IMG/VR virus record: IMGVR_UViG_3300027973_002292
Coordinates: 63,649 to 127,648 of that record
DNA: 64,000 nucleotides
Source: a virus
Strand: one strand, 5' to 3'
Shown here: positions 10,180 to 20,391 of the stretch, piece by piece
How positions within the stretch are numbered: position 1 is the first letter of the stretch
Layout of the letters: each line of letters begins with the position of its first letter
Made by a program: the position numbers and the translations under genes
The notes under the pieces: generated by a model
The model's input: the letters and a program-made list of their open reading frames with translations, nothing else
What the model was told of the DNA's origin: nothing
Database searches by the model: none

Positions 10180-12894
10180 ATGAGCAGTAAATTATTTTTT
10201 GTTAATATCTTCGATGGAATAAATTCTTTAAGCGTGACCCCAATCGCCGAGAGGAATACTAATATAGACCTTGAAATAAAAACAGCTTATATTAAAGACA
10301 TATACAACACAGACGAGTTCAATTCAACCAACATGTTGAATAATAGTGATATTAAAAACTTTTACTATAATATCATTTTGGAGTCTTTAAATTTAAATAG
10401 TGAGGCTCAAACAAATCAAGCTTTTAAAAATAATTTACGGCAATTAAAATCAGATTTCAAAGACCTTTATATATTATCTAGATATAGAAATTCTAGTAAA
10501 AAAAGTTGCGTTTCTATATCAAGCACTGGGGTTATAAATACGAGTGATTTGATAGGAAACTTTAAAATTTATAATGTAGGAAAAGAGTCTTTAGACACCA
10601 TAACGTTTGGTGTAGATGGTTCAAATACGTTTTCAGACGACAGGGCTAATAGTGTTTACGCAGAAGTAAGAGAGTATGATGGTATTTTTATTTCTAAATC
10701 ATTCATTCAGTTAACTGACGTAACAAGAGAGGCTTATCCTTGGGACTATGATGGGTCTAGTTATTCTGATATTAGTGAAAAAATATTAACTAGTTTTTAT
10801 AAATGTAAGGTTTATGTTTATATAGTCAAGAATTTTGACTTCTCTATAAATCAATATTATTACTCAACTTACATTTTAATTCTAAGGAACGTTTCTAATG
10901 AGAGTCAATACGCTCAAGATTTTACTTCTGCAATATCATCATTTGCGACAGCGTCTTCGCTTCAGTTAAACAAGATCTTTTATCCATTTTCAGTTATCGT
11001 AGATAGCGAGACAATAGAAAAGGGTCAGCTTGTCGATGGAAACCTGTCTAATTTATCTTTTGATTTTCCAAGTATATGTTTAGGAACTAATGGAAAAATT
11101 AATACTGATACAAGCTCAGATACTTTAGCTTTAGATACAATGGCTTGCGATCTTGGCGGAAATATAATGATTCAGTATTCTGGAGGGCCAGTAATCAAGC
11201 TTAGAGACGACCAGTTGTGTTCTGGAAATATTAATGTTGCGTTCGTTAGAGTGGACAACATGAATTCAAATGAGGTTTTTTTATATAAGGATTTACCTAA
11301 TTTAACAAACTTTTTGAATGTTTATGCTTTTAATTTTTCTTATGTTAAATACATAAAAGAAGACGGAACTACAGAAGTTCTAGTTGGCTCTGCGTCAATT
11401 AAGACGTCTACTAATAGATATGTAAATCAAACACTAAAGACTTCGAATTATTTTGCTTACAATTTCGACTCTTCTTATGGGAGTCAATCGTTTACTTTCT
11501 CTTATAAATTTGAAGCAGATAACGCTGCTAATATAACAAACTATTTAATAGATTTTAGGCCATCAATTAGAGTTCCTGTTGTTAGATTAAATCTTTTAGA
11601 TGATGATAAGGTCCAAGTGGTTTCTGATTACGCGACTTCTTTGATATACTATTTTGAAGGGGAGAATCCCGCCACTCAATCAATAACAGATTCTGCTAAT
11701 GGAGTAAATCAAATATCTACTATTTCTACAGTAGGAAAATATGGAACGCTGCGTGTTGAAGTTAGGAATTTTTTTTATGATTTAGATACTGAAGAGTCTG
11801 GTCTTTTTGCTGCATCATCTTCTATAGACGTAAAGAAAAATATTACTATAGATAGCTTGCAATTTAGATTGTATAGAGGAATAGCTGCGTCAGTTTTTTA
11901 TGACTCTAACGGTGAAGCATTAAATGAAATTTCTGGAAATAATTTTTCTCAAGGAGATTCTTTAAGTTATTATTACTATAGAGCCTCAACAACAACCACT
12001 GATTTTAGATTTAGGCTTAATTATACTTTTAGCGACACTTTATATATTAGAGTAGGATCTTACGATGCGGTAGAGTTGGTTTCTTCAGATTTTTATATAT
12101 TAACTATAGATGAACTGTATGCTGCGTTAGACGAGAAAGGAAAAACGAATGTAACAATAGTTTTAAAAGACGGAACAGAGTTTATATTTCCATTCTATTT
12201 TAAAACGACTTATACAACAACACCAACTGTTTCGAGCGTAACAATAGGTTCGGTTGTATTTTCTGATGCTTCGTCAGCTTCAGTCACTTTTTCATATTCA
12301 TACTCTCAAGCAGAGCAAATACTTTATGAAATAATAAATCAAAGTGGAAAGGTTATAGATTCTCTGTCTACTAAAACTGATTACTCTACAAGCGCAGAGA
12401 GCAAAACAATAACCGTTGATTATTTAACTGTATCTGAAGCATCGTCAATAACTATAAGAGTCACGGCAAGTAGCTTATCGGCTTCTTCTGGCGTGGAAAC
12501 TATTATGAAAGCTACGCTTACAAGCTCTTCGTACACTTTTCCATTAAGACTAAACAATGATGATCCTGCTGTTGTTAAGTTTTATAACGATCTAGCTCTT
12601 ACGACTCTTGCGGAAAAATTAAAAAAAGGTCAAAAAATTTACGCTAAGTTACAATTAAAAAATACAGGTGGATCTGTAATCAATCCTGCGGATTACTATA
12701 AATACATACAAGTTGATCCCAATTCTTTGACTTTTGAAATAGCTGGATTTTCAGATATAAATACTCTAGCAAATGGTGTAACATTCTCTAGGGTGAATAG
12801 TCACGTTTATTCTCTCATCGTTTCGGCAGATACAGATTTTTCAGAAAATGAAATAACTGTAAATGTAAACTATATACCTCTATATCAAATTTAA
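10180..12894 (+). CDS. 904-aa probable virion structural protein (beta-sandwich-like)
   Basis: Long ORF coupled by TAA-T-ATG to the previous gene. S/T/Y-rich beta-strand pattern. Function inferred from context. Confidence 0.55.
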   Translation: MSSKLFFVNIFDGINSLSVTPIAERNTNIDLEIKTAYIKDIYNTDEFNSTNMLNNSDIKNFYYNIILESLNLNSEAQTNQAFKNNLRQLKSDFKDLYILSRYRNSSKKSCVSISSTGVINTSDLIGNFKIYNVGKESLDTITFGVDGSNTFSDDRANSVYAEVREYDGIFISKSFIQLTDVTREAYPWDYDGSSYSDISEKILTSFYKCKVYVYIVKNFDFSINQYYYSTYILILRNVSNESQYAQDFTSAISSFATASSLQLNKIFYPFSVIVDSETIEKGQLVDGNLSNLSFDFPSICLGTNGKINTDTSSDTLALDTMACDLGGNIMIQYSGGPVIKLRDDQLCSGNINVAFVRVDNMNSNEVFLYKDLPNLTNFLNVYAFNFSYVKYIKEDGTTEVLVGSASIKTSTNRYVNQTLKTSNYFAYNFDSSYGSQSFTFSYKFEADNAANITNYLIDFRPSIRVPVVRLNLLDDDKVQVVSDYATSLIYYFEGENPATQSITDSANGVNQISTISTVGKYGTLRVEVRNFFYDLDTEESGLFAASSSIDVKKNITIDSLQFRLYRGIAASVFYDSNGEALNEISGNNFSQGDSLSYYYYRASTTTTDFRFRLNYTFSDTLYIRVGSYDAVELVSSDFYILTIDELYAALDEKGKTNVTIVLKDGTEFIFPFYFKTTYTTTPTVSSVTIGSVVFSDASSASVTFSYSYSQAEQILYEIINQSGKVIDSLSTKTDYSTSAESKTITVDYLTVSEASSITIRVTASSLSASSGVETIMKATLTSSSYTFPLRLNNDDPAVVKFYNDLALTTLAEKLKKGQKIYAKLQLKNTGGSVINPADYYKYIQVDPNSLTFEIAGFSDINTLANGVTFSRVNSHVYSLIVSADTDFSENEITVNVNYIPLYQI

Positions 12895-12896
12895 TT

Positions 12897-15800
12897 ATGC
12901 CAATAGCCCAAGGAACAATTCCTATATCTCAAGATGGCAGCGATCAGGGATCAACTTCTGATCCTATAGTTAAATTGCTTTTAAATGTAGACCTTAGCGA
13001 GGCTTCTGCTTTAAGTGAGATTATGGTTTATTGGGAGGTAAAAAATGCTATTAAAATTGAACTAATAGTCCAAAAGGTACAAAAAAATCTAACTTATGAA
13101 AAATACGATGATATAGGTTCACCTTCTGTTTACAATGTTACTGAATTATCTGAGTCGGGATATAAAGTAGTCTTAGATAGAGTGTATTCTACAAAAATTT
13201 CAATTAGTGCTACAAATTCAATAGGAACTGAAACAACTTGCGCTCCTCAAATAATATACAATTCCAAAAGTAATAGCCCAAAAGTTGGCGCTATTTATAA
13301 TTCAGCATCTGGATTTTCTATAGAAAGAGAAGCCAACACTTTTAATGTTGTAAAAGGAAAAATTACTTTAGATAAGGTCGAAAATTTTGACATTAAGCTT
13401 GTAACTTCTATTCAGCTTTTATATAAAAACGAAATAGCTTCTAGCTGGACGCCAATAACTTTAGATAGAGGATCAGCGTCAGTAAATGAAATTATAGATA
13501 ACAATAAAGATGTTTCTGGATACTCTATTGTTTTTAACAAGATCAAAATTAATGTTCCATCTATAGGGTCTGTTATTTTCTTTTTAGTTAAAACTACAGC
13601 TACTGGACTTGGGGATTATTTTAGCAAAGAGACGTTTTTATTTTTTGATTCGTTAGATTTGGAAAACTCTGCAAATCCAAGCAGCACTGTTCCAGATTTA
13701 ACAATAAATCAAAAACAACCAGCAGCTTTGAGGTATGAAGTAAAATTAAAAATATCAGAAACTTACAAACAATCAGAAAACTCAACCTATGTCAAAGGCT
13801 CAGAATCCGGAGTTTACGAGAATTCTTTTTTACATTTATTTTCAGATTTTGAAAAATTCAAAGGAAAAACTTCTTCTCAGGAAGCTATTGCGAATCTTTT
13901 TGCCAATGGAGAATACTTCACTGGATTTTATTACGAAGCCACTTCAAAGAATTCTACTTCTAATAACTATAGAGGGTTGGTTTATCCAGCTTGCGTATCG
14001 GAAATATTACCGTGTATAAATATAACTAAAGACCAGTCTGGATTGAATGCTAGTGTTACTTTATTTTGGAAGATAATAGAAGATTTTTATGATTATAGTT
14101 TTTTAAATGATGAAATTAGGATTGCAACTACTGATCTACAAGTTTCAGTGCAATACTATGATGGGTCAGCATATCAAACTATTTTAGCAGCTACGCCTTT
14201 AAAAATAGGCAATAAGAATAACTATAATATTGATGAAGATAAATTTGTTTTAACACTTACAAGAAGTTCAATCAATCCGGCTTACTTGTCTCTATTTGAT
14301 AAAATTTCTAATTTAGATAATAAAAATGCAAATCTTAAAATTAAAATAGAAAAACACAACGTCACTTGCTATTCTCCTTTTAGATCGGTTGATTATTCTT
14401 TTAATAATTTGCTGCTTCCTCCTAGATGGAGTTATCTTGTTTATGATGAGTTTATAAGATCAAGTTCAAGAGATTATTCAACTAATACAATTTCTTTTAA
14501 TTTAGAAGATTACGCGTTAAGAGGAATTAGATTGCCAGATAGGGGATTCAGGGAATTTGATAAAATAGAAGGAATGAGTTATTTGGATGTTGATAATCAA
14601 GGAGGCTCGGCAATAGTAACTCAAACTGTAAAAGTTTTATATAAATTAACATCAGAAACAAAAGCTTTTTACACAGACCCAATTAGAGAAGGAACAATAA
14701 CTTATATTGATTTGCCGGTTAAGCCAGATGAGGTGTTTTTAATTGCTCCAAAAGTTCAGCTTCCAAACCCAAACATAGACTCAAATGGTAAGCTTGCAAA
14801 GGCGGAAGTTGTATTGAATGAGTATGGGAAAATATCTGGACTTAAAATAATAGATCCTGGTTATGGATATTCAATGTTTAAAACTGAAAACGATAAAAGA
14901 ATTCAAGTTTTTAGCGATTTAAATCCAATAGTAAAATCTTCTTATAAAATTTTATCAACAAAAAGAACTGAGATTCCTGAATTTTTAAAACCAGTTAATA
15001 ATTCTTTTAGCAGGCTAAAGGCTTCTTTATACGGAGGAAAACCACTAAGTCAAGTGGGCTCAAATAATGCGGTGCTAGACGATCAAGAGGCTAAGATACT
15101 GCAAGATTATTTAACAAGAAATAATATACAGCAGCAGAACGCAGCAGAACAAACAAATGAAAATTCTGGATCGGCTTCAACATATATAAATACAAATTTG
15201 AACCCAGAAGACGAAACGTCTATCCTTAAGTTAGATCCGTTTTGGTATCAAATCTCTAAACTATATGTCGACAAACACAATAATCCGTCAGAAAATGTTT
15301 CAATATACAATGAAGATACTGATGCCGCTGCTACAGAAATAGAAGACTCTAGTGTTTCAAGCTCTGTAAACAGCTCGTCGTCAGCAATAGAAGGCTCAGA
15401 TGCTACAGTATTAAATGAAAATTTCACATCTACTGTAAAGGACGGTCAAACGTTCTCTTTAAGCAATCTAGACATTTATACAGATGCGAGCCCTGCAGTC
15501 TCAATATACGACACTGCCGCAGCGCCTCCTAGCTTAACTCTGCTCCCTCTTGAGTCGAGAGCGGATGGAGCACCAGCATACGGAGCTCTTCCAAATATGC
15601 TGCCAAGAGCTAATAGCTTTTTCAATAGATTAGTTGATGCAATAAACAATCTTAATGAAGTAAGGTTAATCCTTCCTATGGTTTGGTCTATTGATTCTCA
15701 AACACGGTCTTCTGACTATTATTTACAAGATACTGAAGAAGACAAAAATAAGATTATTAATTTTAGTACAAGTGGATTTAAAAGCACCACTACTGGAAAT

Positions 15801-16382
15801 TACAGTTATTATTTACCAGTGAATTCTGCTATTGGCGCTTCGGCCATAAGATCAGTTGGAAGATCTTACTTGAAAACACAAGATTTGCCTCAAGGAATAA
15901 CTACTGGTCCGGGGGTTTATATTAAATCAAGTGAATATGCAAGTTCTATTAGCTTTACTCCAATGATCCATCCTTGGATGGAAAAAGCTTTGCAAAGCTA
16001 TTTTATAAGGGGTATCAATAAAAAATTCTTAGCTATAGAAACGAAGAGGATCTACTCCTGCTCTTCTTACGAGCCGTACCAAGAAAATGGAGTAGGGTTC
16101 ATTTCTTGCAATGGAGTGTTTGGGGTTGGGGACACTTATCCAAGATCTATACCTGCGAATACAAATGTTCCGGTAGACGTATCAAGCGAAACAAGAAATT
16201 TCAAATTCTTTTCGTATGGTACAGTATCGGAATCTCCGAGCGGAACAGCGTCAGCATTAGCTTTGCCAAATGGAATAAGAAACGGATATCAAGTTTTCTG
16301 CTCTGAAACTTGTGGAACTTTTACTAATACAACATTAGATTTTAAATATTCTCACTTATATCCTAGTACAATTAAAATATGA
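12897..16382 (+). CDS. 1161-aa probable virion/baseplate protein
   Basis: Contains AKAEVVLNEYGKISGLKIIDPGYGYS, resembling the A-x-A...G-x-I..I-x-I..PG-x-GY motif common in myophage baseplate/virion proteins. Confidence 0.55.
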   Translation: MPIAQGTIPISQDGSDQGSTSDPIVKLLLNVDLSEASALSEIMVYWEVKNAIKIELIVQKVQKNLTYEKYDDIGSPSVYNVTELSESGYKVVLDRVYSTKISISATNSIGTETTCAPQIIYNSKSNSPKVGAIYNSASGFSIEREANTFNVVKGKITLDKVENFDIKLVTSIQLLYKNEIASSWTPITLDRGSASVNEIIDNNKDVSGYSIVFNKIKINVPSIGSVIFFLVKTTATGLGDYFSKETFLFFDSLDLENSANPSSTVPDLTINQKQPAALRYEVKLKISETYKQSENSTYVKGSESGVYENSFLHLFSDFEKFKGKTSSQEAIANLFANGEYFTGFYYEATSKNSTSNNYRGLVYPACVSEILPCINITKDQSGLNASVTLFWKIIEDFYDYSFLNDEIRIATTDLQVSVQYYDGSAYQTILAATPLKIGNKNNYNIDEDKFVLTLTRSSINPAYLSLFDKISNLDNKNANLKIKIEKHNVTCYSPFRSVDYSFNNLLLPPRWSYLVYDEFIRSSSRDYSTNTISFNLEDYALRGIRLPDRGFREFDKIEGMSYLDVDNQGGSAIVTQTVKVLYKLTSETKAFYTDPIREGTITYIDLPVKPDEVFLIAPKVQLPNPNIDSNGKLAKAEVVLNEYGKISGLKIIDPGYGYSMFKTENDKRIQVFSDLNPIVKSSYKILSTKRTEIPEFLKPVNNSFSRLKASLYGGKPLSQVGSNNAVLDDQEAKILQDYLTRNNIQQQNAAEQTNENSGSASTYINTNLNPEDETSILKLDPFWYQISKLYVDKHNNPSENVSIYNEDTDAAATEIEDSSVSSSVNSSSSAIEGSDATVLNENFTSTVKDGQTFSLSNLDIYTDASPAVSIYDTAAAPPSLTLLPLESRADGAPAYGALPNMLPRANSFFNRLVDAINNLNEVRLILPMVWSIDSQTRSSDYYLQDTEEDKNKIINFSTSGFKSTTTGNYSYYLPVNSAIGASAIRSVGRSYLKTQDLPQGITTGPGVYIKSSEYASSISFTPMIHPWMEKALQSYFIRGINKKFLAIETKRIYSCSSYEPYQENGVGFISCNGVFGVGDTYPRSIPANTNVPVDVSSETRNFKFFSYGTVSESPSGTASALALPNGIRNGYQVFCSETCGTFTNTTLDFKYSHLYPSTIKI

Positions 16383-16648
16383 ATCAAAATGATCTTTCAT
16401 TTTCTAATTTAATGAAGGAAGGATTAAAAATTAGAAATAGCTTAGTCTCTTCGTCTAAAAAAGCAGCTTCAGCAATAATAAACAATGAAAAAATAACCTC
16501 TGATCCGAACAGTGCGGAAAAGAGGTTGTCGATTTGCAATAAATGCCCGAAACTTTGCAAGCAAAGCGGCAGATGCGAGCTGTGTGGGTGCTTTGTTACT
16601 ATTAAAGTAAAGCTAGATTTTGAAAGCTGCCCATCAGGAAAATGGTGA
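16379..16648 (+). CDS. Small Cys-rich metal-binding phage protein (DUF6171-like)
   Basis: R..ICxxC...CxxCGC....K......CPxGKW pattern. ATGA overlap with the upstream gene. Confidence 0.7.
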   Translation: MNQNDLSFSNLMKEGLKIRNSLVSSSKKAASAIINNEKITSDPNSAEKRLSICNKCPKLCKQSGRCELCGCFVTIKVKLDFESCPSGKW

Positions 16649-17353
16649 TTACTTTGCGGGAGTCTTTTTAATCCTGTCAATAAGTTCAAAAATCTTAGGC
16701 TTTGGAATCTCGGCTAAAGAAGTCATTTCATCGGCCTTGTCAATCTTATCCTTGACGAGGCGACGTTTTACATCGTCAAACGAGATGCCTTTCTCCTTCA
16801 TTAAGCTCGCTAAAGCAGCAGTGGGAGACAGCGGATTTTCAACACCAAGGTCTTCTGGCAAAGATTTAGCGCCAATCTCTTCTTGACTAACAATGTTGAT
16901 TTTCAAGAAGTTGCGAACGCATCTTACAAAAGCTCTGTTTTCCGCTATCGCAGCCAAATAATTGCGCGCAAAGCTTTGGGTGTTGTCTGGCGTTGCGTCT
17001 GCAAGAGATTGGAAAGACACCGCTTCGTTTGAAGTCTCGTAATTTCCTATCCAGTTTATATAACAACTTGCGATAACGTAATTTGGACCAGCCTCTGGCA
17101 CATCGTAAGAAACGCATGTGAATCCTCTGATTTGAGCAAGCTCTTTTATGCCGCCGAGGAGAATCAGCAAATCTTTGTCTTCTAACTTTGTGATATCTGT
17201 TTCTTGGGTGCGCTGCTTATTTGGCACAAGAAACTCTGGGCGAATCATCTTACGCCAATTAACATAACCGTCTTCATTAAAGACGTATGGAATAGGAGGG
17301 TTTTCTAGAAGACCAAACGTATTCCTTGAAAGGATTTTTGGAGGAGTACTCAT
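16649..17353 (-). CDS. Putative Rad52/Sak-like single-strand annealing protein
   Basis: LLxGxxELA and ADA...AIAENRAFVRCVR motif with a short helical C-terminal domain. Lies in the replication module with its own promoter. Confidence 0.5.
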   Translation of the reverse strand: MSTPPKILSRNTFGLLENPPIPYVFNEDGYVNWRKMIRPEFLVPNKQRTQETDITKLEDKDLLILLGGIKELAQIRGFTCVSYDVPEAGPNYVIASCYINWIGNYETSNEAVSFQSLADATPDNTQSFARNYLAAIAENRAFVRCVRNFLKINIVSQEEIGAKSLPEDLGVENPLSPTAALASLMKEKGISFDDVKRRLVKDKIDKADEMTSLAEIPKPKIFELIDRIKKTPAK

Positions 17354-17360
17354 CGTGTGC

Positions 17361-17389
17361 AGTATGCATCAGAATCGCTCTTTGGTCAA
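17361..17389 (-). promoter_or_regulatory. Sigma70-type promoter, leaderless
   Basis: TTGACC(17389-17384)-N17-CATACT(17366-17361)-N7-ATG(17353). Confidence 0.7.
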
Positions 17390-18529
17390 GAAATAAAATC
17401 CATCAGCTTCTTCTCGAAAAGAATCGTCTAGCTGCTCTGGCAAACTAAAGTCTGTATTTCTGATATCTTTTGAAGCTATATCGTGTTTTAAATGCCATCT
17501 ACTTGCGTAAGTTTTACCAGATTTAATTATTATTTTATTTGTTTTGTAGTAGACTTTAGACTTATCTAGACCGTCTAGAAAACTCAAGTTCAGCAAATTA
17601 AGTCTATTGATTTTTTTATAATGAAGATATTTGATTTTTTCTTGGCTCAAGTCTTCAGAGCTGAGATTAGTAATCAAATCATAATTAATATTTAAACTGT
17701 CTAAAGTAGCCAAAAATGAAGAGTCAGAATCTTTTTCGACCTTAAAAAAGAGTTTTTTTATTCTCTTCTTCATTGATAGAAGGATGTCTTTATTGATAGA
17801 TCTATTGGTAACAATAGAGCAAGAAGAGTTCTTTAGTTGGCCATATAAATTTTCTTCAGAGAAAAACTTATCCATTCTAACTATTATCTCGTTATTGATT
17901 TGGGTCTGAGGTATTTTAAAATTGCAATCAGGAATAAGATCTATTGAAGGGATAGCAAATACTTTACCAATACAAATAGTGTTATCAAAATTAAATTCTG
18001 AGCCGGGAAACATTCTCTTCAATATAAACGCCGCCACTTCTTCTGGCCTAATATTATTGATATAGTTTCCTAATGGATTTAAGAAACCTTTTCTTGGTTT
18101 TTCAGAATGAATGATTTGATCTTCTGAAGCTAGGCAATTATCTATAGAGTAATCGTATTTTAATAGACACTGATCTACTCCATACTCGGAGCAAATTAAA
18201 GAATAAAGCTTTGAGCTTCCGCAAAAAAATTTAGCTCGTTTTAATAAATAAGTTTTTTCATTTAAAGATACTGTTTTGTCTATTACAATATGATCGAATT
18301 GGAATTTTTTATCTTCTATGAATTGAATTATTTTGATATTTTTCGCCTCCATAAATGGAGTTATCAATTGAATAGTTCTATTCCAAAAAACATAATTAGA
18401 ATTTTCATCTTCATTCTGAGTGTTTAGAATAATATAATCTGAAAAGCCAAGCGGAAAAAACTTGTCGTAGATGTACGCTTTTTCAGGAGTTATGCCTGTT
18501 GTAGCTGAGAAGGATTTTAATAAATTCAT
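17369..18529 (-). CDS. Glycosyltransferase family 9-like protein
   Basis: N-terminal half resembles the GT9 C-terminal lobe (YxxWxxxIxLI; SLNExxYLLKRAKFFCGSS). Paired with the adjacent GT4 gene. Confidence 0.5.
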   Translation of the reverse strand: MNLLKSFSATTGITPEKAYIYDKFFPLGFSDYIILNTQNEDENSNYVFWNRTIQLITPFMEAKNIKIIQFIEDKKFQFDHIVIDKTVSLNEKTYLLKRAKFFCGSSKLYSLICSEYGVDQCLLKYDYSIDNCLASEDQIIHSEKPRKGFLNPLGNYINNIRPEEVAAFILKRMFPGSEFNFDNTICIGKVFAIPSIDLIPDCNFKIPQTQINNEIIVRMDKFFSEENLYGQLKNSSCSIVTNRSINKDILLSMKKRIKKLFFKVEKDSDSSFLATLDSLNINYDLITNLSSEDLSQEKIKYLHYKKINRLNLLNLSFLDGLDKSKVYYKTNKIIIKSGKTYASRWHLKHDIASKDIRNTDFSLPEQLDDSFREEADGFYFLTKERF

Positions 18530-20391
18530 TTGAGAAAAACTGAATGATTATTATTAAGGGAAAAATCGTCTAGAGAATAACATTCATAGAAATTATCCTT
18601 TAAAAATTCAAGATTTCTAAACTCTTTACCCTGAACTAAGATATCAGATACATCACTGTTACCCAAGAAGATTTCTGAGGCGTCTTTATTTGTGAATACA
18701 AAAATTAGCTTATTTGAATATTTGTTTTTAATTCCTCTTATAATTTTAGTTGCTAAGAATACGTTTTCTTTAGCGGAATTTATAACTACTAATATTCTGT
18801 CATCTTTTTTGGATTCTCCGAAAATATCTTCAAAAGTCGTAGGCTTGAATTTTGACAACTCTTGCTTTGCCGTAGTTCTAAAGAAAGATATAATTGTTTG
18901 TTTAGACATGCCGTTTTCTAGCTTATTGACCCAATGTAATAAGCCTTCGTCATCATGGCTAGTTTTTCTGCCTAAAATTTTATCGTAAAGAGCTTTTAGC
19001 CATAGCACCTTGTCTTGAATGTCTGGAATTTCGGCGTCTGGATTTACTGTTGGGGGTGGAGGCGGCTCATCTTTGTACTCAGCAAACGGGGCAGAGTCAA
19101 TGAATTTCTCAATTTTACCACCAATGCTTTCTGTAGAAAAATTATCTATTGCCCATTTTCTTGCTAGCCTTCCAATTTTATCCCTCTGGTCTAAAGGCAT
19201 ATCGTAAACTATCTGTAGTTTTTCAGATATTGATTGAGGGTTAGTAGAGGCTTTGATAAATTCTGTGCCGAACTCTCTATACTCGCTCCAATCTAACGCA
19301 TACGAATGAGCTTCTGGGCAGCACATTTCAGCGCCACAGCTATAATTAGTAACTAAAGTAATTAATCCTGCCAGTTTAGCTTCTTGAATAGGAATTTCTT
19401 GGCCACCACTTGTGAATGGATGACAATAAACATCCATACAATTGTAGATTTCATTTAATTGTTTTTCATTTACGCCATAAGAAACTCCAGTAGTGACGCT
19501 AGAACTATTAGTTTTGCAATAAGAGCAATTTAATTCAGGCCCAGCGAAATTTTTTATTTCATATCCTCTGCAAGCTTTGCAAACATAAGTGGTAAGAATA
19601 TCAGAATTGTCTACTTCAGATTCTTTGCAGAGTTTTAAAATATTCCATCCCTCTTGCCAATGAGTGTGCAAGAGCAGTTTGGCTTTTATTTTTGGATTCT
19701 TGTCTTTAAAGATTTTAAATCCCTGAAGCAAATTAGGAACAGATTTTCTTAGTTGATTTCTAAATACAAATCCGATAATAAACTCATCATTAGATATGTT
19801 ATTTTTTTGCCTTAAAGATTCTTTTTCCTCTGGTGGCAATGGTTTAAAATCTGAAACCTCAATGCATCCATGAACTGTTTTTACATGAGTATGCCCAAGC
19901 TCATGCATTCCTTTCTCCGCGAAATTAGACCATACCCAATAATTTTTGACATTTGGAGCTTCTTTAACTGCTGATGGCAATAAAGGTAATGAATCAAGAG
20001 TGGTCCAAATAGCTGAAGTTATATTATTAAACCAAGGCTTAGAAATTACAAAATCTACTCCCCAAAAATCTTGAGCAGTGATATAAACATCTGGTTTTTC
20101 TTCTTTAATTACCTTGTCTACTTCATAAGCTCCATAAGCGTAAAGGCGAGTTTTATCTGGAGAGCTATTGCAATCAATTTGTTCTTGGCCAGATACAGGA
20201 ACAACGCCAAGGCTTTTCCAAGGAGTTCTTTCTAATTCCGGATGAGCTTTTGATATCCCGCCAGCGATAGATACAATATCATATTTTCCAGTATTGAACA
20301 AATAAGAAAGAATGGCCTTGGTATTTCTACCAAAGCCAGTCTTAGACAATGCAAAGTCGCTGTGAAATACTAATTTCTTTTTTCTCACCAT
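18526..20391 (-). CDS. GT4 (GT-B) glycosyltransferase with CxxC-CxxC insert and DUF4214-like helical domain
   Basis: TGFG, RNQLRK and HPFTSGGQEIPIQEA motifs; CKAC...CSYC; LYDKILGR...DDEGLLHWVNKLENGMS. Confidence 0.8.
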   Translation of the reverse strand: MVRKKKLVFHSDFALSKTGFGRNTKAILSYLFNTGKYDIVSIAGGISKAHPELERTPWKSLGVVPVSGQEQIDCNSSPDKTRLYAYGAYEVDKVIKEEKPDVYITAQDFWGVDFVISKPWFNNITSAIWTTLDSLPLLPSAVKEAPNVKNYWVWSNFAEKGMHELGHTHVKTVHGCIEVSDFKPLPPEEKESLRQKNNISNDEFIIGFVFRNQLRKSVPNLLQGFKIFKDKNPKIKAKLLLHTHWQEGWNILKLCKESEVDNSDILTTYVCKACRGYEIKNFAGPELNCSYCKTNSSSVTTGVSYGVNEKQLNEIYNCMDVYCHPFTSGGQEIPIQEAKLAGLITLVTNYSCGAEMCCPEAHSYALDWSEYREFGTEFIKASTNPQSISEKLQIVYDMPLDQRDKIGRLARKWAIDNFSTESIGGKIEKFIDSAPFAEYKDEPPPPPTVNPDAEIPDIQDKVLWLKALYDKILGRKTSHDDEGLLHWVNKLENGMSKQTIISFFRTTAKQELSKFKPTTFEDIFGESKKDDRILVVINSAKENVFLATKIIRGIKNKYSNKLIFVFTNKDASEIFLGNSDVSDILVQGKEFRNLEFLKDNFYECYSLDDFSLNNNHSVFLK

